From Ramazzottius varieornatus (Eukaryota; Animalia; Tardigrada), in NCBI GenBank assembly GCA_001949185.1, contig BDGG01000002.1:4082448-4146447 (forward strand): a stretch of DNA of 64,000 nucleotides, read 5' to 3'. The stretch's first letter is position 1; the number at the start of each line of letters is the position of its first letter. The notes under the pieces were generated by a model. The model was not told the origin of the DNA, did not search any database, and worked only from the letters and a program-made list of their open reading frames with translations. The translations under genes were made by a program, and so were the position numbers. This document shows, in pieces, positions 13,335-26,791 of the stretch.

Positions 13335-16300
13335 ATGGGACAGCCGGAAGAAATTGTGGAAGTGCATGAGGAAACACCTTGGGGTCTGTTGGAAACTTCA
13401 CTGAGATCAAGATGGAGGACCAAGCTAAAGAAGAACAGATGCAGCAAGGACTGCGTGAAACGATCAGTCATCAGTATTGTACCGGCACTCGGATGGCTGG
13501 CGAACTACGACATTAAGAAACACCTGGTGGGAGATTTCATTTCCGGTAGGTGGATCGTTCTCCGTTGGATGTAGGGAGCAGTGCGTTCAATATCCCCGTT
13601 CACCGCAAAAGAGACTGACTTTTGCATGTTGCGTCTTATCCGCTTTGCAGGCTGTACGGTTGCCATCCTCAGCATACCTCAAGGGATGGGATATGGTGTT
13701 CTCGCTGGTGCGGATGCAATTCATGGACTGTAAGTGACAAAACTCCTGGTTGGTACTCCTACGGTCGGGTTCTGTGCAGTACTATGAAACACTGAATTAC
13801 TCGTATCAAGTTGTGGGATATATCAGAGGCGGAAGTATGACTTGTCCCTTCTCGAAGCAACACATTTAAAATTTTTCGCGAGTTTGTTTCTGCTCTTCGC
13901 TGTTCTCCTTGTTGTTTTGTGATGTTTTGTCCACCAAAAATCCTCTTTTCACGGCAGCAAGAACTAGGTCTTCGCGTTGACAAGGGAAGGAGAAAGCCGG
14001 GTTTGAAGTCAAAGGGGGAAGTCATTTTCGCTGCTTTTGCATTTTTTTTCTCCCGGCACTGACCTCATCAACTTCAAAGCGATTCTTGTCACACTGTAGA
14101 CCAAAGTTGGGTCTTTATTATGGCCGTCAAATGTTTTCTGATTGCAGCTTGTGGAATTTGAAAAACAAGAATTTCCGTTTTTCCGCGTGTAAAACCAGCT
14201 TTCAAAGTGCGCCACTTTAGTGAGGTAGTTAGTACTGAAATCTTCTCGTCTCACGGACTTCCTGAAAACCTTTGGTAGCATGTTCGGTAGATGTATGAGG
14301 CTGTGTTCTATTTCTAACCGAAGTTGATGAGCGACCAAACTCTCAGGGCCCTCGCGGGGCAAGATTTAATGTCTGAACTCGTGGCCAAGTTTCCACTCGG
14401 ATAACTTTGGCACCCCATACTTCAAAAAAACTTGATAGTGCTTTTGAGAAAACGTTTACTGGAGTAAGTTTTGCAGACATTATCAGATTTTCGAAGAGAG
14501 TTGGGCGCTCGAAAAGTTTGTTTTCCCGAAAGTGACGGGTTTTTCATAGGGCAGTCACTTTCGCTAAACTGAATTTGCTCCTCGACGAACACCGAAGATT
14601 TGAACGTCCATGAGTACGTTTGAAAGCCGAATGATGATGCATCATATCGCGAAAAGTTTTGGATAAAACACTTCGCTCAAACGGAAGAAAACATTTTTTG
14701 AAGTTGGTGGTCGGAAACGGGGGACAAGTCATACTTCCGCACCTAATACTAATTATTTGTCTTTCAGTTACGCCTCTTTCTATCCTCTCTTAATCTACAG
14801 TCTTCTTTGCACATCTCGACATGTTTCTGTCGGTGAGTCTCAAGCGTCCCGGGGTTCCCGTCAAATACTGAATTTACAGATGTTTATTTCTTTCACTTTG
14901 AAGGTGTTGCATCCGTAGTTAGCTTGATGGGCGGCAGTATTGTGCAGTCGCTGGGAACAGAGTTTTATACCATGGGCCCCTCCGTCGGCAACTTCGGACT
15001 GAATAGTACTCTGGAGTCGGCCAACCACACGGCGCCCCACGACATTCCGCTGCATTTCCGAGTGCAGATAACGATGGCAGTTACCCTTGCCGTTGGAGTG
15101 TGGCAGGTACAGTGGAAGGCACTTGTCGAACTATTCCGTAAAGGTTTCAGATAATAATTCCGGCCTTTTTCTTGCAGTTGCTGCTGGGAGTCTTTCGTGC
15201 AGGGTACTTGGCCGTCTTCCTTTCCGATTATGTGATCAAAGGCTTCACGTGTGCCGCCGCCTTCCATGTCTGCTCCTACCAGCTGACACTAATCCTGGGC
15301 TTGAGGAATGTCCGACAAAAGAATGGCCCGTTGAAGCTCATTTATGTGAGCCAATTTGGAAGTGCTGGGTTTGAGCATTCCTGTTGATGCAACCCGTGAG
15401 CTTGCACGCTTTTGTTTTGTTGCAGTTTTACTACGATCTGTTCTCTCAACTACACTCCACTCACGTCCCCACCTTGGTGTTCTCTCTCGTCTGCATCACT
15501 GTTCTCCTCCTGGCCAGGATTTTCATCACTCAGAACCCGAAAGTGACCAAACGGCTGAAGATTCCATTTCCTACCGAACTCATCGTGGTGAGTGAACACT
15601 CTCATGCGAGCGTCTGTGTAGTGGTCTGACGTCATCGCGAGGTTCTTCCATGGGGCTAGTGTTCAGGCTTCTTCCTCCTTTCTAGATTATGGTCGCCACC
15701 CTGGTCTCTTACCTTATGGATCTCGAAAACACTTACAACATAAAGATCATCAAACACATTCCCACCGGTCTTCCCATTCCACAACCACCACTCCAGTCTC
15801 TGATACCCAAAGTTTTCTTCCGCAGCTTCGCCCTGGCTGTTATCTCCTCCTCGGTCGTGATCTCCTTAGGCAAGATCTTCGCCACCAAGCATCAGTACAA
15901 GATTGACGCGAACCAAGAACTGATCGCATGTGGAACAGCCAACATCTTCGGTTCCTTCTTCCATTGCGTCCCAGCTTCCGCTGGTCTCTCTCGGTCTGCC
16001 GTACAAGAAGCCGCGGGCGGCTCCACTCAGCTGGTCAGTCTCATCTCGGCGTCCATCATGCTAACGGTCCTTCTGCTGTTCGGGAAGTACCTCGAGCCTT
16101 TACCCAGAGCGTGCCTGGGTGCGGTGATCATGGTGGCGCTGTTGAATATGTTGATGAGCGTGACGGAAGTGAGGAGGTTTTGGCGGGTGTCGCTGGTCGA
16201 TGCTAGTATTTTCCTGGTCAGTTTATGCGCCACGCTTTTCCTGGATATGGACATTGGTCTGGCTGTCGCTGTGTTCTACTCGTTGGTGGTTTTCGCGTTC

Positions 16301-17073
16301 CGAATGCAGTATGCTAAAGTGGAAGAGATTGGAAGGGTGCGGAATACCACGGACAGATTTCTTTCAGTGAAAAAACCAACGGTAAGTTCCAGGTCGCTTG
16401 AGAAGTTGTCCAGCTTTGTCTGTTCATTTCGTCTATTTTTAGGTGGAACGGATTCCTCGGCTCAAGATATTCCGTCTTTACGGTCCGCTGTATTCCGGTA
16501 ACGCGGAAAGCTTTGCGATGAAGATACGAAAGTCAGTATCGAACAGTAGTGTGTCCACCAAAGAGTCTCCGTTAGTCCTTTGTGGAAAGGCTCTGCCGGA
16601 GGCTGCCCCACTGGCGCAGACCGATGGTGACCTGGAAGATACTATCCTGTCCGCCGGTTACGATGAGACTTTGACTAGTGAATTGGGAGAAGGTATCCCA
16701 GAAGCCAAGTCTCCGAATGGATTTCTCGTTCACGCAAAACAAGGAACATCGGTTGTGGTGATAGACTGTTCGGCTGTTTCCTTCGTCGATGTGGTTGGAA
16801 CGGAGAACTTGAAGTTTCTTGCTAAAGACTGCGCGAAGAATAATCTGACACTTGCTTTTTCTGGTTGTTCAGGTAAGAGCACGTTACTCGTTCGCGAATA
16901 GGAAAAGCTTTCCGTCAGTTTTCCCATGATTACGCATTGTTTGTATCTTAGACGACGTACGGAATACTCTGCGGTTCTCCGGTGTTGTACCGCGTAGCGG
17001 TGACGAAGTCCTCTCCGAGAACCTTTCGACTACTGTACGACACTTTACTGAGAAGGAACAACCGGGAGCGTGA
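13335..17073 (+). CDS. SLC26/SulP anion transporter (prestin-like), paralog A, with STAS domain
   Basis: 'LGWLANY....LVGDFISG..VAILSIPQGMGY', 'GTANIFGSFF.C.P.S..LSRS.VQEAAGGSTQL', 'LEPLPRACLGAVI', STAS 'IFRLYGPLYSGNAE', 'VVIDCSAVSFVDVVG'; 9 coding exons, stop TGA 17071-17073. Confidence 0.9.
13823..14746. mobile_element. Non-autonomous TIR DNA transposon / MITE (~0.92 kb) inside intron of SLC26 paralog A
   Basis: Perfect 20-bp inverted repeats GCGGAAGTATGACTTGTCCC (13829-13848) and GGGACAAGTCATACTTCCGC (14721-14740); TA dinucleotides symmetrically 6 bp outside both ends; the equivalent intron of paralog B is only ~80 bp; no transposase ORF. Confidence 0.7.
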
Positions 17074-17779
17074 TACTCGTCTTTTTCTTGTTGATCTCTT
17101 TTGGCCCACTAACCCTGTTCCCTCTGTTTGATTTTCTGACTTATTCCGTTTCACAGTGATTGCGACGTCAGCTTCCGTTGAGACAGCTGTGCAGAACCCG
17201 ACGGGACGGACGGTATTCTGCTGGCAAACACTGTGTCCGTTTGATACTTACGTCTCACTTCTTCTCATTTACTGGTCTTGAACTCCACGACGATGTCGTA
17301 TGATACGCTCCGTACCGGTTAGTTATCTATGCGAAGTACTACCAGTGATCTCGGTACTACTGTCACAAACAGCCAGAAAACGCCGAACCGGCATGACCTA
17401 ACATACCAAAATCAACCCTTTTACGTTCCTACATCACTTACAAGTTATAGCCTTACGTTTCCGGCAAACAATCCGTGAGTAAAGTCGAAAACAAAATCCG
17501 GTTTTGAGACTATTTAATTTTCTTGAGAAACGACTTTCCTTTACTGCTGGCGGTAATATTTACGATGGCATCTGGCTGCCTGCCACATGCATGGCTCGAT
17601 TAATCTTCTGCTGTCACTGTCAATGAAATTTGTGGTAGCAAGGCTTCTGTGTGCGACCGTACGAGTCTAAGCACGTGCGTAAGGTAAGCGCCATATTGGC
17701 GTAATAATACGGACCTGCAAACGTAACTGTTTGATGTCCCGTAACTTCTAACCGTTCCGCTGTGCTTCAGGACAAGAGC

Positions 17780-20700
17780 ATGTTTAAATGCGGACCATAT
17801 CAGGCAAGGAAGATCGTGTACAAGGATGCGAGGATAGCGCCTGGAGGATTATCTGGTTCGTGCGTTTGTGCTTACTTCCGGTGCGACGGATCTTAATTAC
17901 TGCCAGTTATACTGCAAACAGCGAATAGCAAGAAGTATGTGGATCTTGATTGCTGACCAATGGACGCCTATCCTGTAATTGTGCTCACTATCTTTTAGAC
18001 ATCAGACAGAACGAGATGGTGACCGAAGAGGGAGAAGTGGTGACGCCATGGAAAAGTTTGAAAACCTCAGTGAGGCGGAGAGCTTCTGATAAGCTACGGT
18101 CTGTGGAATGCAGCGGAGAGTATATAAGGAAGTCTGTAGTTGGCGTGTTCCCCATCTTCGGCTGGCTGTTCCATTATGATATCAAAAAGAATCTGCTACC
18201 GGACGTGATCTCCGGTAAGCGGGGTGGCATTCTTCATTCTGCGTTGTCCATATACAAGTACACGACTTCGGTTTTGCAGGCTGCACCGTCGCCATATTGA
18301 GTATCCCGCAAGGTAGATAACGTGTGGTGTTATAGACAGCGTTTGTACAAGGCTCCTGATTACTACCTTGAACTTTGATCAATTAGGAATGGCTTACGGT
18401 GTTCTGGCCGGAGTGGAGTCTATCCATGGCTTGTGAGTTAAGATTCACGAAGACAGACATCGAATGGGCATTTTGTTATTTGAATCCGACAGAATCTAAT
18501 ATTTGCTGCAGGTACGCGTCCTTCTTCCCGGTCCTCATATACACAATATTCTGCACATCCCACCATGCCTCTGTAGGTGAGATAGATCTTTTGGACGGTG
18601 CAGTACTGTTCGGGTAACCGAATGCGACCGGGTGATTATCTTTTGCAGGGACATTTTCTGTCGTCAGTTTGATGACTTCCGGGATCGTTCAGACGGTGGG
18701 CACGGAGCTCTTCATTCGGCGGAACGCTTCCGGGTATCATGCGAGCAACTATACTGACACAGTAATGGATCTCAAAGACATCCCACTGGATATCAGGATA
18801 CAAGTTGCCGTAGCGGTCACTTTGGCCGTTGGAATATGGCAGGTTGGTTCCACCATGGTATTTGAATATTCTTTGGTCATGTTCGTATTCTGTTGTATAA
18901 AGAAGGCGTAAAGTGCTGGTGGATTTCAGGCTCTAATGGGCATACTTCGCATTGGTTATCTTGCTGTTTTTCTGTCCGACCATCTGGTCAAAGGGTACGA
19001 AACGCAAGCTTTGCCTTTCGTTTAAGAGATCTTTGATCGCAGAAGTATTGCTATAATTATACGCCACCTCCCTCATACTGTAGGTTTACATGTGCGGCTG
19101 CGTTCCACGTCTTTACAAGCCAAGTCTCATTGGTGTTTGGGATGAAGAATCTGAAACAAAGAAACGGACCACTCAAGCTTGTCTATGTAAGTTCGTTGCG
19201 GTTATCACAATCGACAAGGCCTTTTGAATCTGTGAGTGCCATCGATGAATAATACTCATCGTGCTTGCAGTTCTATTACGACTTCTTCGCCCAGATTATG
19301 ACCGTCCACGTACCCACATTGATCATATCATGTGTCTGCATTGTCCTGCTCTACCTCACCAGAGTGATGATCAACCAAAATTCTCGCGTTATGAAGATCA
19401 TAAAGATACCTTTCCCTATGGAGCTAATCGTGGTAAGTTCATTATCATACGAAGCGATACCGAAAGCAGCACGGATGATACCATTTTTCATCCAACCTTT
19501 TCATTTTGCAGATTATCTTCGCCACGCTGATATCGTATTACATGGACCTCGAAGGTGCGTGGGGTGTCTCCATCGTCAAGAACATTCCCACCGGTCTTCC
19601 AGCTCCCCATGTCCCATACTACGCCATCATCCCCGACATTCTTGGGCGGACCTTCGCTCTGTCTGTCGTGGCTTCCTCCGTTCTCATCTCCCTGGCCAAG
19701 ATCTTCGCCACGAAGCACCGGTACAAAGTCAGCGCCAACCAAGAGTTAATAGCCAACGGTGCCGGTAACATCTTCGGGTCCTTCTTCCTGTGTATTCCAA
19801 CAACAGGCGCACTTGCTCGTTCGGCTGTCCAAGAGGCCGTCGGTGGCGCTACGCAGTTAGTCAGCTTGGTCTCAGCTGTGATCATACTTGTGGTACTGTT
19901 AGCATTAGGGAAGTTTCTAAACCCTTTACCAAGGGCGTGCTTGGGCGCGATCATCATGGTAGCCTTGATCAACATGCTGAAGGGCGTGTTGGAAGTGAAG
20001 AAGCTTTGGAAGGTATCGCTGATTGATGCATCCATCTTCATGGTGACGCTGCTGGCAACGTTGCTGTTGGATGTGGATTACGGACTGGCCATTGGTGTGC
20101 TGTATTCGCTTCTGACGTTTGCCTTTAGAATGCAGTATGGAAAGGTGTCGGTGCTGGGGAAGGTGCGGGGTACCGAGGACGAGGTGAGACCTGTTGAAGA
20201 TCCAACGGTAAGAAACGTGAAATATTTGACTTGTGGGCTGTGAAGCGTGAAGTGCAGGAATGAACTTCCGGTGATGGCGCCTCCGGTATTTTCTGGGTAT
20301 ATCTGGTATATCTTGAATTTCAAACGCTTTTTCAGGTTGATGAGTTTGCCGGTGCCAGGGTTTTCCGGCTGTACGGTCCTTTGTATTCCGGCAACGCAGA
20401 AGCCTTCATCTCGAAGATTCGTCGGGCAATGACGCCAGTCCCAGGAGCGGCACGAGTAGCCTCCAGTTACCTAACGCCGGTTCCCGAGGCAGAGATTCCC
20501 GTAGAACCGGCCAGCAACGGTAGCGTTGAGTCTAATGCCGGCTTTGAACCGGACCTGGAGGCGAATGCCCACACCGGGGTTACCAGGAGACCTAGTACTG
20601 CTGACCAGCGAAGGAATGTCAGTACGGTGGTCGACGGAGACGGCATACACGCGGAAGCGACCAGCTTGAAGCCGCTAAGCGTCATTGTGATAGACTGCAG

Positions 20701-20981
20701 CACGATCAACTTCGTGGATGTGGTCGGGGCGGAGAACTTGCAGAGCTTGGGAAGGGAGTGCAAGAAGAAGGAGATAAAGTTGGCTCTTGTGAATTGCTCA
20801 GGTACGACTGTTGGTCTGGTCCCGGTCTGAAATATTATCAATGTGCTGCTGTCTTGCAGAGCCAGTCTACAATACGCTGGTCTTATCCGGTATTTTATCC
20901 TTCGTACCTCGCGACAACTTTTACAAAAGTGTCACAGAAGCCGTGGAGCACCTTCTTCCTTCGGACCATGACAGACTATGA
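17780..20981 (+). CDS. SLC26/SulP anion transporter (prestin-like), paralog B, with STAS domain
   Basis: Same motifs as paralog A ('LLPDVISG', 'IPQG|MAYG', 'GAGNIFGSFFLC.PTTGALARS.VQEAVGGATQL', 'IVIDCSTINFVDVVG'); stop TGA 20979-20981; start at 17780 inferred from phase-compatible first exon. Confidence 0.9.
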
Positions 20982-21692
20982 ACTGTCCCAGTCATTTACT
21001 GCTTTTGGAACGCTTACTCTTTTATCTTTTGACAACTGCTTGGGTGATTTTGGTGCGTACCGTACTCCTCACGGCTCGTATTAGAAACTGTTTTAGTTTT
21101 TGATTCTATGAAAAAAGTATTGTGACTTATCTTCGAGTGTCTCCGTTTCACGTGCGAAAAATCGAAAACGACTATTTGGCCCGGAACTTAGCCTTACAGC
21201 AGAGCAGCGCTTACAGCAGGGTCTGCAGTGTGGTGGTATTTGACGGGAGAGCTGAGCGTCGTCTGGTAACCAGGAAGTGGTTATCTTCTAGCTCTGTACG
21301 CGCACGTGCTGGAGAAACTTCCATTAGCCTTTAAGAAATCTTTCATCTTCGAGCGTAACCTGCTTCACAAGGAACCGATGGTTTGAACCTGAGAACTGTC
21401 TGGATGATTTCATTGGGATGCGACGCGGAGATCATTTCCGCCATATGGACGACTTCTGTTTCGGGTTTGAAAGTCGTACTTTAATGACTTAATCATTATT
21501 GTGGTTTGATCAACAAATCAACGTTTCTCAAGATGGACGAATTTTGGTTTCGTTGAAATCATTATACCTTTTGCCTTCTTCTCCATTCGGGGATTTTCTG
21601 GGAGGAGTAGTGGAGTACCTTCTCATTCGGTTTGCTCAAGAATATCGGAATTTTGCCTGCTCTGGAATTTCGGGTTGATCCATCTCTCAGAC

Positions 21693-22877
21693 ATGTTGGC
21701 GGCCAGGGTGTTACGGAGCTCGGTAGTTTGGAGCAGGAGCAATCTCCGCCATGGATGTCTACAAATGTTACCCCTGTCAGCCAGTCAGCTCTCAGTTACC
21801 TGGTCTAGGGTACAGTCATCTGCAGCTGGCTCGGCTTCAACCAGCAGCCCATCGCAAGGACTGGTTTTTCCAACCAGCATGAAGACGATCAAGAAGGAAG
21901 TTTTATCGGCCACGAACTGGCTGCCGGATATCAAGAAGGGCCCACTTCCGGCTGTGGTGCTCGGGGCAGCAGGTACGTTTCCATCGCTTTTCTTTCCTCA
22001 TTTGCAAGTGCTGCTTCTTTTTCAGTAGGAAGAACCTAGTCGTTTGCAACGTGTAGAGTAGTCGGGATGTTTGCATAGTGGATGATGTTGGTCACTAGCG
22101 TGAGCTTCACTTCTCAGCGGAAACATCAACAGAGGGAGATTTTCTCATTTGCACTGTTAATTTCTTTCAGCGCATGACGTCATATATTTGTAGACTAAAT
22201 GAAATTCGATGGCGTCATATGCCGTTTGATGGAAACCAGAAGACACTGTGCGCTGGCTAGGAGTCGCATGGGGAACTCCGCATTGTTTCCGTCAATCTTA
22301 ACCACAGTCCAGTGATCTGTTAGGTACTTCTAACGCCTGAAATTTCATTGTTCCAGGACTTATTCCGTTTATTAGTGCGCCATGGATGTGCATGACCGTC
22401 GGGGAGTTTGATCCAGCTTGGGAGCTGTCGCAAGTCGCTTACGGAGGTTCAACTTTTCTTTTCCTGGGTCCGATGCCGTTTCCTTATTGACGTTTTCTCA
22501 CTGCAGCTTGTATCCTGTCATTCCTTGGTGGTGCTCGGTGGGGGCTCAGCCTGTCCCCAATCCGTGTTCCGGGTCTCTCGCCTAGCTGGGAGAATATGGG
22601 CATGGCAGTGGCGCCGGCAGTACTCAGCTGGTTGAGTCTTCTGATGCCCAGTCCGGTTGGCATTCTGACGGTCGGAAGTGGTCTCCTGGCCACTGGCTAC
22701 CTGGATATAACCACTGCGGGGTATCCTACGTGGTATAAAGGCTTGCGACTCGTGCTGACGGCAGTCGCAGTCGGAAGCATGATCCTGACATTGATGTTTC
22801 ACCTGGTTCTTGATGAGAAGATCAACGAAAAAGACAAACATTCACATGCCGCTCACAAAAGCAAGGGCCATCACTGA
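21693..22877 (+). CDS. TMEM69: Transmembrane protein 69 (DUF3429), with mitochondrial-targeting-like N-terminus
   Basis: 'PLPAVVLGAAG|LIPF...SQVAYG|ACILSFLGGARWG', 'YPTWYKGLRLVLT'; 3 exons (21693-21972, 22357-22446, 22508-22877); Arg/Ser-rich N-terminus. Confidence 0.85.
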
Positions 22878-25068
22878 AAGAGCTTTTTGGTAAATCATGT
22901 TATAAGTCTCTTTCGATATTTTCGCCGCTGAAGTTTCTCCGTTCTCCATGTTATCAGAGTTCGTTTGTTCGTGATCGAGCTTTGTTCGTGGTCATTCTGA
23001 ATTTCTCTCCCATACTGTGCGTTTGTGTGTTCCTGGTCTGAGATCGCGATGTGTATGATTTTTCTACTCGCCGCGTTCTGTATATTATATGTATCATTTC
23101 GCGGTTGCTCATTGCTGATTACCAGATGTTTCCCGTTCACGGATCTACTGATGTGTTGTGGTGCTGTTTTCCAGTGTTCTGTATTAGACTCGATTGTATA
23201 ACCTAGTATAGTCGTGGATTATATATTCGTGGGGAGGCAGTCACGTAGTTTGCACAACGTCGACCTTGGCGCATTGGAATGACAACATGCAACTACATAG
23301 GAAGGGCCCTGCTCGTGCCAGGTGTAGGCTCTCAGGCTCCTGCGGTTTCAGGGACCTTCAAGATATACTTTGCAGTCTGACTGCAGCTGTAAGAGACTGT
23401 TACGGGGTCAAATTGGCACGGAAATATCCCGTGGGTGTTATAAAACCCTCTCTACACGGTTTACGATGTTTGCATCGAAGATTACTCGCTTTGCGGAAGG
23501 AGGGTTGTTGTCGTCGATAAGACGGGCGAACTCGGCGACAACAGTTCGGGGTACCTCGCCGTCATTTGCCCTACTCCGTTAAGTTAGAGCATTCTGGGAG
23601 GTGTGGCGCGCTGAGTCACTAGCCTCGCCGGAAAGTTCGGTAGCAGTCTCTACATTTCCATTCCTTGTCGCACTCGAGCGACGGCACGAACGATCGATAC
23701 GGCCAAACGAGTAACATAATCTCCGTCACCGCAGAAAAGGGCGGTCACTCATTGCCGAGCCTCCGCAGGGACCCAATAACCATACACTGTGAAAGTCGGC
23801 CTTTCTGTCCGATCCGAAATCGAAAGCCGATGCGCCTGTAGACAAAAACGCAGTTTAACCAAACAGTTCGGCTGGCTCCCAGTTCGGTTGACTAGCCGAT
23901 CCAACTTTGGTCACACCGGTTGTCAGTCTATGACTTTGCACTTCGTCTGCGGCAGCGTGCTCACTGCTCGTCATTGTAAAAATATAAATTCCATTTGTCT
24001 CTCAAGTCTCAACGAGCTTAACGATAAAGTTCTTTCTTTCCGTATTTCATCAGCCACGCGTTTGGTCCTGTTCTGGACGGAAACAGCAAGACATCCGAAA
24101 AGAAGGTGAGTGTGATGACTGTTGTTTGTTTAGCCTTGTCGAAAGTAGCTGACGTTCCGTGACGTCAATCAAAATACCTCCTCCTCGGAACTTCCACGGA
24201 TTCTTCCTCGTGGAGCCACGGAAAGACATAGCTGGGATATTTATAACTTTTAGAAAGCTCTTGTGGCTCCGTCCTATGTTGGAATATCAATTTTTATATG
24301 ACGGAATCGTCAGGGTTAGCTGAACTTGACTCGTTTGATGGTAACGTGACGTTTACGCCTTGCCCAATCAATCGATTCTGCCCGAATTGATTGACGTTTT
24401 CATAATCGTAGCGCAGACTGTCCTTCATCCCTGATCACCGTCAACTTACCTTAGATTCCGATCTTCTTTTGTTACAGGTTTCGATTTTCTGGATCGTTTT
24501 GAGTAAGCCTGACGCACGTGGAATCTTGACAAATGACAGCATCCGATCTGGAGAGAAGTTTGCCCTCTCGAGGACGCTGTAGCTCTCTTGGTCAGCCTGG
24601 AAAGGTATGTGTAGTTCTGCTTTTGTGCTTCTCTGTTGCGACCAGTGCTGAAAGCTTCCATCCGCAGTTCTTTATGTAACTGTCGGTCTCGTGCGTCATT
24701 GTATAGGTCGATTGTGGTGCTTTCGCGATTCCAGTGAGTCAAAATCCTGTGAAAGACGACTGTTGTGAAGGGTTAAACTTTCCTTCGCTTATGGATTTTG
24801 CCCGATCATTCATTCCGCACAAACATAACTTGTTTTGCCAGTTAGAACACGGAGGCAGTCTATAGATCGGAAAGCTTCCTTCGACGACGTTTGAGGATGG
24901 TTCGGTAAATGTTGGCTGGCAACATTTGACGTGGTTTGTTTTGCAGTGATCCGCCAAGATTGGCTTTCTGTGTACTAGAGCTGCTTTCCTCGTTTGCTGC
25001 TTTGTCGTGCTTTCGTCTGCCAATTTGGAAGGGGGCAAAAGCGTGGCGTTCACTTCCTAGCCAACATA

Positions 25069-26101
25069 ATGCCGCAACAAAGCTTATCGCCTCCTTGTGA
25101 TGCTGCTCACGTAACCATCTCGCCTACTCTCCGTCAGGTGGCCACAGCGCCCAGCCTTCGTCTCCACTTTGGCCTTCCCTTCAATGCCGAAGGAGAGGCT
25201 CCTTTCTCTCACACCGAAACTCCTTCTAGTTCGTTCGCTTCCAAGTTCAACCCGCTACACAATACCAGCTATTCCCAGTTCACTAAGCATCTCAGCAACA
25301 CGCAACTCTCGGCGTCACCTCCAAAAATCTCCATCAACTCCATAGAGTTCAGTAAGTCCCGAAACCCCTTCTTTATCTCATCCAGTACTCGGAAGCTCGG
25401 CGAACAAATCTGACGGGATCGTTTTTCCAATTGGCGCCCATTGTCTGTGGTGCTGGATAAGAGCATGCGCCGCTCGGAGAATCAGTCTGATTGTTTTCCA
25501 CACGGGCGCATGTTTTCAGTCTTATTGGCTGAAGAGCTGCGCCACTCGAAAGTATATTATCGCTTGATTTGCTTACGTCCCACTTGCGTTTTCTCAGAAT
25601 GTTATACCTGCTTCTTGCTCGATACAGTTCAGAGGAAAAGAGCGGAAAGCTGGATGTAGGATGTAAGTTCCAGCCTTATTGATTATGTTTGTTTTTCCAG
25701 AACGACCATCATTCTCGGCAGAAGGCGACGATCACGTCTCTTTTGTATCGGGACCCTGTTCCCGTCTTGGAGTAGCAGAAGTGCCTACCATGTCAGTATC
25801 AGCATGTGACACACCCGAAGATACCCCTCGCGGTACTCCCAGAGCTTCGCCGACCCTTCTTCGGAAGAAGAACGTGGAAGTCTCTCAGCAGAAGTTTACT
25901 AGAAGTGGAAGTACGGGTTTTTTGGGCTGGCTGACGCGACCTGGCGAAACGCCTGTGCAAGAGGAGTCGCAGTTCTTTCATCAAAAAGAAGACATGACCA
26001 GTTTGCAGAAGCTCCTCGGTGCCCATAACAAAAAACCTCGCTTCACCATGGGCTCGGTCTCCCTGGCCGATTTGAACGTCATCACTCCCAGCGAATACTG
26101 A
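25069..26101 (+). CDS. Hypothetical Ser/Thr/Pro-rich protein (unknown family)
   Basis: Phase-compatible splice 25351 (a|gtaagt) to 25701 (ttccag|aa); alternative in-frame ATG in good context at 25790; followed by AT-rich 3'UTR-like sequence with AATAAA; no recognisable domain. Confidence 0.55.
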
Positions 26102-26791
26102 GAGAAGAAAGAAGACCTTGATCTTCGATAAAATAAATTCCAGTATGAAGTCGGGAAAAAATCTCAGTTTTTTTCGCGAGTAAATTTCGACAGAATGTTT
26201 TTCCAAGAAACTGAGTAAAATCTTTTACCAGTGTGTGGGTGTTTCAATGGGATAATTTATTTTTCTTGAAAGTATTTTGCGTTACTTCCGCTTTGTATAT
26301 CACCGCTTCTCCTGGCGTGTGATCTTGACTTTTATCCTGACCTTCATGTTTTATCCATATCGAAAATACTGTCTCGTCAGCGGGATTTTCTTCTTGAGTT
26401 TACGTCAGCACAGTTTCTGCTTGATGTTAGTGTTCCCTCTTCTAGGTTGATAACTTGATGGTACTTTGATATGTGAAAAGAAAACTGGATTCTTATTGCA
26501 GTTTTGTCTTGCTAAGTTAAGTTAGCAAAGTTAGTATCTCGTAGTTGTACTCGGGTGAAAAGACGTCACTTCGAACCTAATTAGGCCAGATTTCAGAAAG
26601 TTAATAAAATGAGTCATCCATAAAAATATACGCATCACATGATACTGAAGGCACACGAAGAGTATCGACGGTTAATCTTAATATCTACAGCTGAAGTACA
26701 AAACTACAAATTCTACAAAACACCGTTACACCGGGGGAAGACTGACATTTGAGGGACTACGAAAGGTAGGTGGCATTCTTGGAGGTAGTAA

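Noticed and set aside
9750-20841. Long antisense ORFs over TAF1B and SLC26 exons (e.g. 9750-10262, 11427-11945, 19619-20041)
   Set aside because: Shadow ORFs of real coding exons; no independent motifs
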